Positions 12,580 through 27,950 of a stretch of DNA of 64,000 bases are shown piece by piece; the first letter of the stretch is position 1; every line of letters starts with the position of its first letter. The DNA is from the human T2T-CHM13v2.0 reference genome, Homo sapiens, in NCBI RefSeq assembly GCF_009914755.1, contig NC_060937.1. One strand, 5' to 3'. The position numbers and the translations under genes are program-made. The notes beneath the pieces were generated by a model, which was not told the origin of the DNA, ran no database searches, and worked only from the letters and a program-made list of their open reading frames with translations.

Positions 12580-13600
12580 CCCAGGTCCAATCTTCCCATC
12601 CACCTGCCTCCAAAGTAGCCACAATAAACTGCAAGTAATCCAAGCTGGTCCAGTGACAGGTAAAGAGGTGCAACTGGCATGTGACCCAAACCAGGTAATG
12701 TGAGTTGCTCCCTAATATTTTTCCAACAACAGAAGACAAGACACAGCTGTGTCCCATCTGAAGCCTCAAGTATTAAGGAAATTAGTCTGGTACCATACTC
12801 CTTCACTGCAGAGAGCAGTCTGCAGTAACAAAATAAAACCAAGAGGAAAATGAAATTAGATCCAAAATGTGGAGAGACAGAGTCCTAGTGGGGTCCAGTC
12901 CCTGGCTGTGAACATCCTTAGAGGTGTGGTAAATGAGCTCTTCGTCTCCTCCAATTCTGGGGGCCACTCCCAGGGTCCTTTCACATAGGTGATAGTTTTC
13001 ACCCTTGTGTCTAAGAGTTCTAACCAGTACACAACTCTGGGAGAATATATATTAACACAGTAGTTAAAGAATCAGTTAATGTTATATATAACCTGTTGAA
13101 CCCAATCGTTGGGATTGGGTTCATCTGCAATGACTGAAACCCAAAATAGCAATTGATTACACAAAACAGAAGTTTATTTCCCTGTCACATGAAACATGAA
13201 AGTGTAGTTAGGGGTTTGGGGCTGTTTTCATCATGGTACTTCATCGCTTGTCATTAAATATCAAAGGTGCAGGTGCCTTCTATCTTGTTTCTCTGTCTTG
13301 GGGGCCTCAACTCCATGGTTTAAAATAGTTGCAACTGTATTCCAGGGAGCAGGATACAAAGAAGGAATTAATAATAAGAAAAAGAAATAGAGGACATTCC
13401 CCTACTGCCCCACCCCCCCCACACACACACATAATGGATTCTCTCTTATTTAAGGAAGGTTTCTTAAGCAAGCTGCCACAAAACAAATCTACTTACACCC
13501 CAGTGGCCAGAAGCAGGTGCACTCCTAGCAACAAGAGAAGCTAGGAAATGTAGTCTTGACTCTAGATAGCCATTTACCTAGTTCAAAATTCCGTTACTAG
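12580..13600. mobile_element. Highly diverged ERVL/MaLR-type LTR fragments (LTR16/LTR33-like)
   Basis: Weak motifs such as 'gaagtttatttccctgtcacat', 'cttctatcttgtttctctg', 'gctaggaaatgtagtct'. Confidence 0.4.
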
Positions 13601-14019
13601 AGAAGAAGGAAGAACAGACAACAGGAACAACCTGTATTCTTTTCATAATGATCAATTATGCATTCGAGACAAGGCAATACATCAGAGCTCTTCAACGAAG
13701 AAAAGCTGGGGATAAATGCAAGTCAAAATATTTAAGTTACGTATTGCTTCTAAAAAGAAAGAACTCAAGTCAAAGCTGCAGAGATATGTCCTTAAGAAAA
13801 GTAAGGCTGAACTAGGTGTTTCAAAACTTTCTGAAATTGAAAAAAAACAAACAAAAAAACCAGAAATCTTATGATCAACCTTCAAAGACTGTCACAGGAC
13901 TATTCCTTTCCACCCAAAGATAACAAAGCACATCTGATGGTAATATCATTAAGCTGCATCTACAGACATACTGAAATTTATAAATATCTTTTCCAAATAC
14001 AATCATGTTCTTCTGGTGA

Positions 14020-14324
<305 letters not shown>

Positions 14325-15265
14325 TTCTGGTGACTTTTAAGTAAACTTTTACATTTCTATAGAAACAGTAATAGGGCAATAACCCACAAGTAACCATCTA
14401 AAACTTACTTCAACCAGTAATATGTTTCTGTATGTATTATTCTGGTACAGTCACAGAGCAATGTAATTAATCAATAACTATAATATAAATTAAATTTCTT
14501 AATTTCATTTCAGCTTACAAATATAGATCAATGCATTCCAATAGGCCAAACACAGAGAATAGCACCACGTGTGTAACCAGCATTTATCCTGTCACAAAAA
14601 TTTACGAGCCACTGAGGGTTAACTGTGTTGTTTACAACTTTTCATTTTAATCATTTGGAGCATGTATATACATCTCTGTCTTCATAAACAGTACATATTA
14701 GGCATAATATAAATTTTTCTGTCTGATTCAAAGTGTGAACATCAAGTCTTCAGTGCAACACAAGATTCTCTAGTTCCTAGCCAGCTGCTAAATAAATATC
14801 AAAAACTGTTGGCGCAGCACAGTGGAGAACTTTAAACTTCAAACAGAGTGAGGCCGTTAAATGGCAAATAGGCCCCAGATTGTATCCGGGAAACATACCT
14901 TTTTATGAAAGCTGGAGCTCTATGTGAATGACAGCTAGGGCCATCTGCTACTTGTGAGACTTTGTTCTCCAAAACCATAGAACGAAGAGGTCTGATATAC
15001 AAATTATTTTCTGATTCTCTGCTAACACCATGCTTTGAATCTGCTAACACCATGCTTGTTTCTAGAAGAAAATGTCTCAGAAATTTTCTTTAATGCAGGT
15101 TTCAAAATGGCCCTGAAAGTCAATGGGAACAAAAGGGCCCACATGCAACAATTATGTGATGCAAATACCACTGCACCATCCCATGGACACTACAACTATA
15201 CCTCAAACACAAATGAGCAAAAACAAGACATTCGGTTACTCTACTAACTATTCAAGTATGACTTC

Positions 15266-15475
15266 ACTGATAAAGACCAACCCAAAAATATATATTATAT
15301 ATATAATATAGATAAATATTCTGATTGGTCTTTTAAATATATATTATATATATATATATTTTCTGATTGGTCTTTATCAGTATGTGTGTGTGCATCTATC
15401 TATCTATCCATTTATCTATCTATATTAAACCAGGATCTTTCTATCTACCTATCTATCTACATATCTATCATAAAC
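15266..15475. repeat. AT-rich inverted repeat followed by a (TCTA)n-like repeat
   Basis: actgataaagaccaa...ttggtctttatcagt arms around (TA)-rich tracts, then tatc arrays. Confidence 0.85.
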
Positions 15476-17524
15476 CGGGCCTGATAGAGTTCACTGGTGA
15501 ATCTTTGCTACAATGAATATATAAAAGTAGCATACAACTATATATTAATGGCATGCAAAATATACTTCTAATTGCTACAAATTATTTATTGCCTTAAGTT
15601 TCTCTTTCAAATATAAACATGATTTGGGGGTTTCATACCTTAAAAGTTTCAAAGCCATAAATTACAATTACTGTAATATGTTAAAGAGTAGTACATTAGT
15701 ACTATGGCTATATGTGGCTTTTTGTTAGTGTAAAATACATCAGCATGATTTTACTCCATATCTTTTGCTCAATCTTTGCCTTTGTTTTCCACACATACCA
15801 GCTTATGTAATAAACGCACGTCAATATATTTTAAAGTTCAATTTTACTAAAAGTTGGTTTAAGTTATTGAAAATTCTTCAAATGCATATTAACTCTATAT
15901 TAATAGCTAGAAACTTTTGGAATGTTTTGTTTTAAAATGATCAGCTTTTGAAAAAAATACAAAAATCACCTACTCATTCTTATGTTGCTTCCTCTTGATC
16001 TCTAGATTTTCATAAAATTCCATGGTTAGAAAAAGGAAACAAAGATCACTGAACTAATTATCTAAACAATGAGAGAAAACATTAAATGGTGTAACAGATT
16101 TGTGCTCGGTAGTCATCAGTGATACAGATGGAAATCTGGGCATGACAATAGAATTTTCTCTTTTGTTAACTGAAAAGATAAACAGATACCTAGCTCTCTT
16201 TTAGTGTAGGAGTTAGCATAATGAAGGGAAAAAGTTGATCACAATGATAGCTGTGTAGGAATGAGGACCTATGCTAAAACTTTTACATTCAATAATTCTT
16301 ATTCTCACAACTATCCAAGATAGGGCCTATTACTTCCACTGTGAAAATAAATTGGTCTATCTTCTCAATTTTTCTATACTTCTAAATGTGCTCTAAAAAA
16401 TTATCTATTAAAAACTAATAAACTGGAAAACTGATGGCCATCAAGTGTTTGTTTCAAGTTTAGAAGATTCACATCAAATACATATCCAGCTGAAGAAAAT
16501 AAACAGGTTTTGAATAGAACTTAGAATCTAGAATTTCTACAATACCTTTCAAAGCTTCATATTTAAGCTTCTGCAAAACGTTCAACATTTGCAGTATGGC
16601 AGTTTTATAACTATTGATGCAAATTGGGTGAATTTAGTATTTAACAAGTCTTACTTCTATTTTCAGGTACAAAATGAACTAATTTAGGTGTTGAGCAACA
16701 TTAAAAAAACAGTATATAAACATCTCAATCACATAACATCATGACTGAATTTAACCTCAGAAACTTCTACAAAGATCTTCTATAAATTGCTACATGATAA
16801 ACAAGAAAATTAAAATCCAGAGAAGCGAAATGACTAGCTCAAAATCACAAAGCTAAATTATTACTTGATTTACACAAACGTGAATTTTTATACATACACA
16901 CATGCACACACACACACACACAGCTTTTCAAGATATGTCTAAAAAAGTACATCTCTAGTGTTCAATGAAATCAATATGTGCAATGACAAATATTATCAAA
17001 ATGTATGACAGTATATTCATTTGTGTTACTGTCTTTTTAAAGTCTGCCAACCTCACTAGATTTCAAAGAATATGACAGCAGGAAAATATATATTTTGTTC
17101 ACCACTAAATACCCCATGTCTGTCACAATGCCTAACATGAGTTCAATACTTAATAAATATTTGATGACTGAATAAACACTTTAAGAATCCAATAGCCTCT
17201 TCTGAAACATGGAATCTCATAAACCAAAATGTCGATTTGACTTACATCTATTGCAAACATAGCACAGACCAACCTATTGAGCAAAGACTAAGCACTATTA
17301 AAATATTTCATGGTTAATTGACATTAGAAGTTCTTGAGTCCTTAAATAGCCTCATGTCAGAAAATGATTATCAGTCTCAAAGAGAGCCCTTTCACTCTCC
17401 TGGGTCAGCTAAAACTCCCAGTTTTAGTTGATAAAAATCAACTAAACAACACATTTACCATTATTGATAAAATTAAGATAGCTAAAAGAAAGCTAGTGTT
17501 GAAGTATATCAGTTTTGTTCATCT

Positions 17525-17527
<3 letters not shown>

Positions 17528-17558
<31 letters not shown>

Positions 17559-17812
17559 AGAAAGAGTCTTGCTCTGTTGCCCAGGCTGGAGTGCAGTGGT
17601 GCAGTCTTGGCTCACCGCAATCTCTGCTACCCAGATTCAAGCGATTCTCATGCTTCAACCTCCGAAGTGTCCCAGTTAACCTTTGTATTTTTAGTAGAGA
17701 CGGGGTTTCACTGTGTTGGCCAGGTAGGTCTCGAACTCCTGGCCTCAAGTGATCCACCCGCCTCGGCTTCCCAAAGTGCTGGGATTACAGGCGTGAGCCA
17801 CCGCGCCTAGCC
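17528..17812 (-). mobile_element. AluS with an internal deletion in the right arm
   Basis: T-run of about 30; TSD tcatctgac; lacks the 'agctgggattacaggc...' segment after cctccgaagt. Confidence 0.93.
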
Positions 17813-17842
17813 TCATCTGACCCTTCTATTAAGAGGCAGACA

Positions 17843-18129
<287 letters not shown>

Positions 18130-18574
18130 TTAAATCTGTCTGTCTCTAGAACGGTAATGAACTAGATAAGATTTTTTTTTTTTAATCTTCAAGGCATGAA
18201 ACACTGAATTTACAAACAATCAATCCCTATTTCCTTCATTTCACCTTCTCGGCATTTTATGTTCCCACACGTTAACTCTACCTACGTTATGTGAAGAAGT
18301 GAAAAAAGGGAGAATATTCACACCTTCTTATTCTTTATCATGGTTTCCACAAGACCACCTCCTATGGGAGTCCTGACAAAGCTAGCCTAATGCAGTCCCC
18401 ATAATTTCTGGTGTTATGCCACTGGAAGAGTTTTCATCATCACCATCCAAATGAACAGAAGAGGAGCTTCTGTTCTAGAAAAAGATCCTTACCTTTCCCC
18501 CTACCTTTTTTTAACTCCAAAATGCCCTCTCTGTAACATCTACTATGCCCAATTATAAATGGTCAAAATTTTAC

Positions 18575-18770
18575 AGTAAGACAGATCTGGGTTCCATTCC
18601 CAGCTAGATCACTTACTATGTGATTTTTGGCACACTTTTAAAACTCTCTTAACTTCAGTATCATCCTCTATAAAATAGGGATAATACCTGTAACCTATAA
18701 AAACTGTGAGAATAAAGTTTGTATAAAGCACCTAACATTGTATCTAACATAGGTTCTTAATAATGTTAAT
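18575..18770 (+). mobile_element. MIR
   Basis: 'agacagatctgggttccattcccagct...cacttactatgtga...tataaaatagggataata'. Confidence 0.7.
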
Positions 18771-19314
18771 AAAATGGATGAATTAACTTGTAAATAAAAT
18801 TAATAAATATTAACTATTTTTCTCCACCTCCTCTTCATTATCAACTAACTCCATGATGTACAAAAAGTCTCCAATTTATTATGAGGAAATCATCATGTCC
18901 CACAAACACCAGTCCTTCCTCACCGTCCCTATTTGTCCAGTGGGTGAATGGCCTATAACTGCCACTCAGTCATTCACTGTCGAAATAACTATACCTGGCT
19001 TTTCACCATCAGTTTTAGGATTTCTAATTTTAAACAAATTGTAAGGGGTAATATATTTGCCTATATCAAGTAATAGGATTTCTCCAATGATTTAAATTTC
19101 TTGTGTATGCTTAAAAAGAAACAGGGGCATACCAGAAACTGCTTCAAACTGTTGCTTCAACTTTTCCCCAATAAAAATTTGACTTGAAACCTCTAGCACT
19201 TCACCTTGAAATGAACCCCCCACCTTCAGTTGCTTCCTTATTGCCCAGATATGAGTCAAAGTTATTGGCATCCCCAAGTCTGTGCCATCCACAAACTACT
19301 ATCATTGCAGGTTC

Positions 19315-20100
19315 AGTCAAATCAAGAAACATTTATTGAATTTCTTCTCAGTGCAACCAGAACACCAGAGGCCCTAAGTATGCTAGGCGCTAAGCATGCA
19401 AACATGAAAATGAAATGGTCTCTCTTCGCTGATGGCTCAGACTCTAAAATGAATAGATCCAAACACACAAAATAATATACAATGATACAATGAAATAAGT
19501 GCTGTACGGCCACATGTTTACAGTACCAATCTATGGAGATAGATGGGAAATTAATAAATGAAATACTAGCAGACAATATACTAGAGACACAACATAATAT
19601 TTGTAACAGCACAGAAAGAGTTGAACACTAGGAAACCCATTGAGGGAGGCTGATTCAGTAAAAGGGAATCTTTTTAGGATGGGGAATCTCCAGCACTTTT
19701 CTACTTCAGGCTCTCATTAGCTCTTTCCACTTGCGATTAGCTCTTTGTTAATATCCTCACCTCCAGCCTCTCTCCTTCCCCTTGGCTCTCAAATCCACCC
19801 TAAACAATTCAGCCAGATTAATCAGCCTAAATCAAAACATGCAGCCTCTCATTCCTCTTATAAAGTTTTTCCCAAAAGGTTTAACCTGTGAGTGTCCAAT
19901 GTCTATTTACATGAAGTTCCAATTTGGAGACTAAGCATCCATGACTCCCAAATATCATTCCAGGTTTTTCTCTCACTATCTCATTTCAAATAAATTACAC
20001 TGGGCTGCTTGCTGCTTCCTCAACACTGCTCCAACTTTTTTCCTTGACACCTTTGCATATACTGGTCTTTCTGCCTACAAAACTTTCTTTTCGAGCTCTT
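19315..20100. mobile_element. L2 fragments
   Basis: 'aaacatttattgaatttc' 3' end plus pyrimidine-rich L2 body motifs. Confidence 0.55.
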
Positions 20101-20104
20101 TAAA

Positions 20105-20598
20105 ATTGTGTTATTCAATATGGTAGCTTTTAGCCATGGGTGGAGATGAATTTAATATGACTAGGAAAAAGATGTTTTAATTTGAATTAACTTTAATATA
20201 CATTAAAATTTTAAAACAGATGCCCTATTCAGTTATTGGAAAACTTTAAAGTATGACTGGAACAAACTGTATGTGAATTTTGTTTTTCAACTGTTAAATT
20301 TTATAAACTCTATATTTAGATCACATATTTCCAGTGAAAAGTTAGCTTCTGAATTGAGATGTGCTATGTGCTTGACATGTAAAATGCAGAGTCAATTTCA
20401 AGGACTTAGTGTGAAAAATGTTAAATATCTCAATAATTTTATATTGATTATAATGCTGAAATTACAATATTCTGTGCGTACTGGGTTAAATAATATATAC
20501 AATTCAAATTAATTTCACCCGTCTCTTTTGACTTCTTTTAATCTGTTTACTAGAAAGTTTACATGAACCTCACATTATATTTTAATTGGACAGCACTG
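20105..20598. mobile_element. hAT-Charlie DNA transposon fossil (MER33/Charlie5-like)
   Basis: 'gaattgagatgtgctatg', 'aattaatttcacccgtctctttt', terminal 'ttggacagcactg'. Confidence 0.75.
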
Positions 20599-20671
20599 CA
20601 TTAGAATTCTATCTCTGTATACCCTTTAAGGGCAAGTTAAATGTCATGAACTCTATCAAAAGCCTATCTTC

Positions 20672-21049
<378 letters not shown>

Positions 21050-21132
21050 TCAACCAATTTATTTATTTACTGAATAAATGACTAAAACATTTTGTTTTTA
21101 TCCTCATTGCACTTAATACATTTGGACTCGTA

Positions 21133-21442
21133 CAGTAGTCCCTCCTTATCTGTAGTTTCACTTTCTGTGGTTTTAGTTACCTGCAGTACAGTACAATAAG
21201 GCATTTTGGAGAGGGTCCACATTCACATAATTTTTATTACAGTATATTGTTATAATTGTTCTGTCTTATTATTATTGTTGCTAATTTCTTGCTGGGCCTA
21301 TTAAACTTTACCATATGTATGTATGTATGTACATATGTACAGGAAAAAAACAGAGTGTAAATAGGGTTTGGTACCATTCACAGTTTCAGGCATCCATGAG
21401 GGGTCTTGGAATGTGTCCCCCACTGATAACGCGGGGCTACTG
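21133..21442. mobile_element. MER44 (Tigger7-derived MITE)
   Basis: TIRs cagtagtccctccttatc / gataacgcggggctactg, flanked by TA dinucleotides. Confidence 0.88.
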
Positions 21443-21613
21443 TATATAACTGGTCTTCTTGCCTTATGTCTCCTACAAGATTCTCAATTCCTTGCTTAGC
21501 ACTCATTCTTACTTCATCATCTATTTCCTGGGTACATGGCCTACCAGTTTTCCTGAACTATTCTTTCTCATCTGCTGCTCTCCAGCTCTTAAACCATTTC
21601 AAAACTTATCTCC

Positions 21614-21756
21614 GAGGAAGGGGGAGGGATAGCATTAGGAGATATACCTAATGTTAAATGACGAGTTAATGAGTGCAGCACACCACCTGCACATTGTGCA
21701 CATGTACCCTAAAACTTAAAGTATAATAAAAAAAAAATAATAATAATGATAAAAAG
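21614..21756 (+). mobile_element. Very short L1PA 3' end insertion
   Basis: 'ggggggagggatagcattaggagatatacctaatgt...gtaccctaaaacttaaagtataata' plus A tail; perfect 13-bp TSD aaaacttatctcc. Confidence 0.93.
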
Positions 21757-21770
21757 AAAACTTATCTCCA

Positions 21771-22065
<295 letters not shown>

Positions 22066-23284
22066 CCTCACCTCCAATGAGCTGCATATTCCTTTCTGGA
22101 CACCCTGCAGCACTACATCCAGTCAACCTGACAGTAACTTTCCAGTTTCTCCAAAATTCTACTTTAATTTGGGAACCAGAAAAGATAAAGGAAAAAAAAA
22201 AAGTTTCTTTAAAAAAAAAAAAAAGGTTGCCGCCGCAAAATACAGGAATATGAGCCCAAAGATTTGAAAATTCAGTGATGATAACATATTTCTTTACATA
22301 AATACCAGCTAAATGGTTTTCTTATGATTAATCTATGAATTTGTGGGCTGATTCAGAAAAAAAAGAACTTTGGAAAGATTATTCCTTCCACAACTCTGAA
22401 ATAAACAAACAAAAATCATCCTTAAATGTTTAAAACTCCAGTTATGGTTAAAATAACTGAAGAAAAATCTTTCTGAAACCTCTATGCCTTTATTAAATAT
22501 TCTTAAAAATTTTTAAATTTTGTTTGCCTTATAAATATTGGATAAACACAAATGCTTCTTTCAGCCCAGTGAATAAAATGTGAAGAACATAAAAACATGA
22601 CTAATAAATCTTCCATGCAAATTGCCCATAAGGCACATCAGCAGATAATAAGATGTCCTCAGAGAAGGAGGAACAAAGAGGAACAAAGCATAGACTGCTC
22701 ACTGCTCAGCAGCCTGGGAGGCCTATTTGCTCACAACTCCCCTCAAAAAAACTTCCCTCCATGGCCCTTCCCAAAGGCACCCTAACCCAGAGCCTGTGGC
22801 AGCAATGCACACCTCTAAATCACCCACAGCAACCCAGTGCTTCCCCCTCACAGCACTTATGGCACTATATTTAGCCACCCAATGGCATCTTCCTCTCCCA
22901 CAGATGTGTCTCATGCCCCTTACCTATCCCAAGCACAAGGCCTAGCACATGGCTCCCACGCAAAACGTTTGTGAAGTGAACTAACCAATGAATAAGCAAG
23001 CAAAGAATCAAAGAGAAAATGGTGGTTCTGCTCACCCTCCTAGATCACAATACTAAACAGGTTCTTGCCTGAACCTAGAGTGTTTTCATATGAGAAGACA
23101 GTATTAATCAAATTAAGAGTGTCACCTGAAAAGCAGGTGCCTGTTCTAAAAAGAGACGCTGATAACAGCCTCTGCGTGACCATCGCTAAAGCAAATACAT
23201 GAACAATTTGAACGTGAGTATCTGGGAAAGTTAGCTCTTTGCAAATAATATTTGCTATGAACTTACGTGTGCACTTTCTAGATA

Positions 23285-23430
23285 ATAATAGCTATCACTA
23301 ACGGAGCACTTACGTACTGGGCACTGTTCTAAATGCTTTATATATTTTATCTCCTTTAATCCTCACAACTATCCTTTGATCCTTTGAGGTAATTCTATTA
23401 TTATCCTCATTTTACTGATAAGAAACTGTC
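23285..23430 (-). mobile_element. MIR
   Basis: 'gagcacttacgtactgggcactgttctaaatgcttta...tttaatcctcacaac...cattttactgataagaaactg'. Confidence 0.75.
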
Positions 23431-23973
23431 CTAGATTCTGCTAATTTATTGAACCCACACATAAAATCATGTTAACTGGATCAAGAAAATGAATATGACA
23501 TTTTCCAGTCTTGAGATGATAACATCAAAGACTATGAGATTAGAACAGAAACTAGACATCAAACACTGCATTTCTGTGACAGTGTTTGCTTATGATTAAC
23601 AGTGTGCACCCTAAAGCCCTCGTGTCCTGCTATGAACCTGAACAATTTATAATATTTTTATAAACATCATAAGTTTAATTGTACCCTACAAGGCTTACCC
23701 ATAAATACTAAACAGAAAACAAAAGGATGAGTGAAGTTAACACACTGCTGCATTAATGAATATCAATATCTACTGGGCCAAGCTACCAATGAGACCATCT
23801 TAAACATATAAATGCCAACTACTGCATTAAAGCCTTGAGCAATAAATTTGGACCAAAAACCATGACTATCATTTAGTAGCTCTGGAAAAGAATGCAATGA
23901 AAGAGAAGTTTTCATGAATAAATTATACACTTTTTACCTGGCTTCATAGTTCTTATAAAAACGCATGTTGTAA

Positions 23974-24291
<318 letters not shown>

Positions 24292-24587
24292 CAGATTTGC
24301 TATTTTCTTTCATGATACATGCTCATTGGGAAATAATAAAACCATAAAGACAAGTACAAATAAAAAAAACACTCATCCAGAGAATACCACTACTGAAATT
24401 TTAGTGAACATCTTTCCGCCATTTCTCAATATTAAAACAGTTAATATAGGTATAAAATTTTGAATACGCAGACTCATTCTAAACAAAAAGTTTTGTGATC
24501 TCCTTTTTGTGCTTGAAAACCTGGTGTAGGTATTTTTCCTTGTTGATAATTTAGATCTTTATCATTATTTTTCAAGTGTTTTCTAAA

Positions 24588-26404
24588 ACAGCAATTCTCA
24601 CTCTTGAAAACTGTTGAGAGGCCACTAAGGGCTTTCGTGTGTATGGTTTGATCTATCAATATTTATCATTTTAGAAATTATAACTGAGAAAATTTAAAAT
24701 ATTTATTAACTCACTTAATATAATCACAAATAATTATATAATAAATATTTTATGAAAATAGCTTCACTTTTAAAACAAAAAAGTTTGTGCAAAGATTTAT
24801 ATTAACATTTTTGTAATACTTGACTTAATAAAAGGTAGCTGGATTCCCTTATCTGTTTCTGCACTCAATCTGCCATGACATGAAGAACATCTAACGTCCC
24901 ACAAGTATATATAAATGGAAAAGGGCAAATTTTCAGAGCTTTTTCAGATAATGGTTAATATTATCTTTTGACACTATCCACCAAAGAATGATCGTTCCTT
25001 AGAGGTTTGTGGCAATGCGAAATCTGAAACTATATCAGTGAACTTTCTACATTCTGTCCCATTGAAATCCACTTCTTTACCTTGCACTTCAAAAGAATCT
25101 TTTAACAATGCATGATTTTGTAACTCATACACTGATCTTTGGGGAAATATTGGTTCACTGAATTATGCAAATTTTGACATATTCTATTAGGTATTATCAA
25201 GACATCACATTCACTAATATCACCACCAATCTCATCAAAGTCTTCAGCAAACTATCAAGCTCACAGTGACAAACAGAAGTTTTTCCAAAAGTCTAAATAC
25301 ACCCTGTCAGTTGTTTTTCTTTAAGTGGCAAGATCACTTTGTTCATTTTCAAGACTATGTCTGCCTAACACCCAAGACTGAAGAAGCACATTTTGTTATG
25401 AGTCACTCTTTCAAGTAAAAATGGTGTTCCATGTAAAAGAGGCTAGTTCAGCTTACAACTTGTATTAGCTTTCTGTTACTGCCTTAATAAAGTACCACAA
25501 ACTTCATTTATTACCTTACAGTTCTGCAGGACAGAAGTCTAGCACCAATCTCATCAGACCAAAATCATGGTGCTGGCAGACTGTGATACTTACTGGAATC
25601 TCTAGGGGAGAATTCATTTCTTTATGGTCTTCTTTCAGGCTGTCACCTGAGGGCTGTTCCAAGTTTCTAAAAGACATGCAAATTCCCAGCCTTGTGGCCC
25701 CCTTCTTCCACCTGCAAAGCCGGCAATAGCGGGTTGAGTCCTCCTCACATCACATCTCTCTGACCCATCTTCTACCTTCCTCTTCCCTGTTAAGAACTCT
25801 TGTTATTAGATTAGGCCCACTTGGATAATCCAGGATAATCTCTGCATCTCGAGGTCCTTAACTTTAATCACATCTGCAAAGTTAACTTCTGACATACAAG
25901 GTAATATATTCATAGGTTCCTGGGATGAAGGCAAGCACATATTTAAGGGGCCATAGTTCTGCCTACCACACAACTCAAAAAATTGTGCAAATGCTTTTCC
26001 TCTACATGAGCATTCTATTTGGTATGCCATTCCCATTTTCTCATGTATTATATTTTTAAAAATGTGTTCTCAAAGGTTAAATTTTAAGAAACTGAATAAA
26101 TTCTACTGATTCAATAAGCAGATGAAGATCATTCTGAAGTGGGTCTGGCTGGGTTTTTTGCTATGAATTATTGATTGTGATGAATACAGTGACCACTAGT
26201 AGAGTTTGGTGCCACTGCATTGATACATGCTAAGATGCCAGTGGTTTCATCTACCATTGCTTTTGCACCATCAGTGCAAATGTCAACATGGTGAAAAAGA
26301 CAAATAACATCTTAACATTATGATCAAAATACTTTTGACTTGCTGACCCCCTGAAAATATTTCAGGGAACCCCAGAGTTCTTCAAACCACACTTGAGTAC
26401 TATG
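24588..26404 (-). mobile_element. Charlie1-type hAT DNA transposon, interrupted by an MLT1 LTR
   Basis: 'gtggcaagatcactttgttcattttc', 'gcttttgcaccatcagtgcaaatgtcaaca' and terminal 'accacacttgag'; the sequence is continuous across the LTR. Confidence 0.8.
25461..25970 (-). mobile_element. MaLR solo LTR (MLT1D/E-like)
   Basis: tgtattag...ctgcctaccaca ends; perfect 5-bp TSD CAACT. Confidence 0.88.
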
Positions 26405-26519
26405 GTTCTCAAGTCTTCCACATGTCCACAGTAATAAAGTATGACAACACTGACCCAATTCAATGATCTGCTCACCATATGTGCATATAGGTTATAATTA
26501 AAATTTTATGCCTTCCAAC

Positions 26520-26730
26520 ATTGTTCAAACAGGCTCCAATACCAGCTCTCCAGTTTATTGGTTTGTGTAGCCTTGTACAAATTTATTATTAGCAGCTCTA
26601 ACTTTAGTTTTTTGTGCATAAAGTGGTTTACTGATATCTGCTTCAAATTATTATTTTAAGGATTTGTGAAATTAAATGAGAGCAGACACATGCTTGGCGC
26701 ATAAGTGCTCACTAAAATAGTAGCTATTGC
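26520..26730 (+). mobile_element. MIR
   Basis: 'gcttggcgcataagtgctcactaaaatagtagctatt'. Confidence 0.6.
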
Positions 26731-27623
26731 TGCCCATCATCTATTCTGGGTTCAAATTTTTTGCATGTGATTGTTTTTTAAAAATAACAGACCTACTGCA
26801 ATATTCCAGACTTTTCTTAACCTGTCATACTTAAAACAGGACGGCACTCTGCTTACTTGATTCCAATATATTTCCAGGAGTATTCATTCTACAGACTGAT
26901 CATGTTCATATTAATGAGCTAACCTGTAGCCAAAAATGAATTATAAACAGCCTTGAAAGGAGATTTTGGAAAAAAAGACAAAACTATTCATCATACTGTC
27001 TCTGTTTCAGATTAAAGTTAGGCCACAACCACATCTTTTTTCTGTGTACTTTTATTTAATTCTGAGGCTACTATTAGTTTTTTTAATGTACTTTGCTTCT
27101 TCAGAAAAGCACTGTAAGTAGAAACAGAATAGTTTGTAGAAAAGCTTGGTTTTATTTAACTATTGTATCTCCAGAATTGGTTTTAGTTTTTGTTATTTTT
27201 TAATGACAAAATAATAATTATGAGAAACAGTTAATTAAACTGGTTAAATAAATAAAATAGAAGAAAAATAATATTTTGACCAATTAAATATTGCCATAAT
27301 GTTAGGAAATCATTTTGATAAAATTAGTCATATGAATTATTACAATTTATAAAAATAACTACAAAATCACAACCAATTATGGTACTGTGGTTGGCTACTG
27401 CACACAGTACAATATCAGGCATCAACACGATTGTGCTAGTCAGATGTGGACAAGGACCAGCAGACAATGTTGGCAGAAAAGGCCAGAAAATTTACAAGTT
27501 AAAACACTAAAGATGGTAGGAAATTCTCAGCAAACCAGAAGTCTGGGCCCTACAAGTAACAGAAACAATAAGTACTGAAGACAGGTAACTAAACCAAAAA
27601 TTTAAAATGAAAAGGTCAGAAGA

Positions 27624-27950
<327 letters not shown>

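Noticed and set aside
13097-13123. 11-bp stem hairpin tgaacccaatc-gttgg-gattgggttca
   Set aside because: Short and isolated, with no associated feature; not distinguishable from background.
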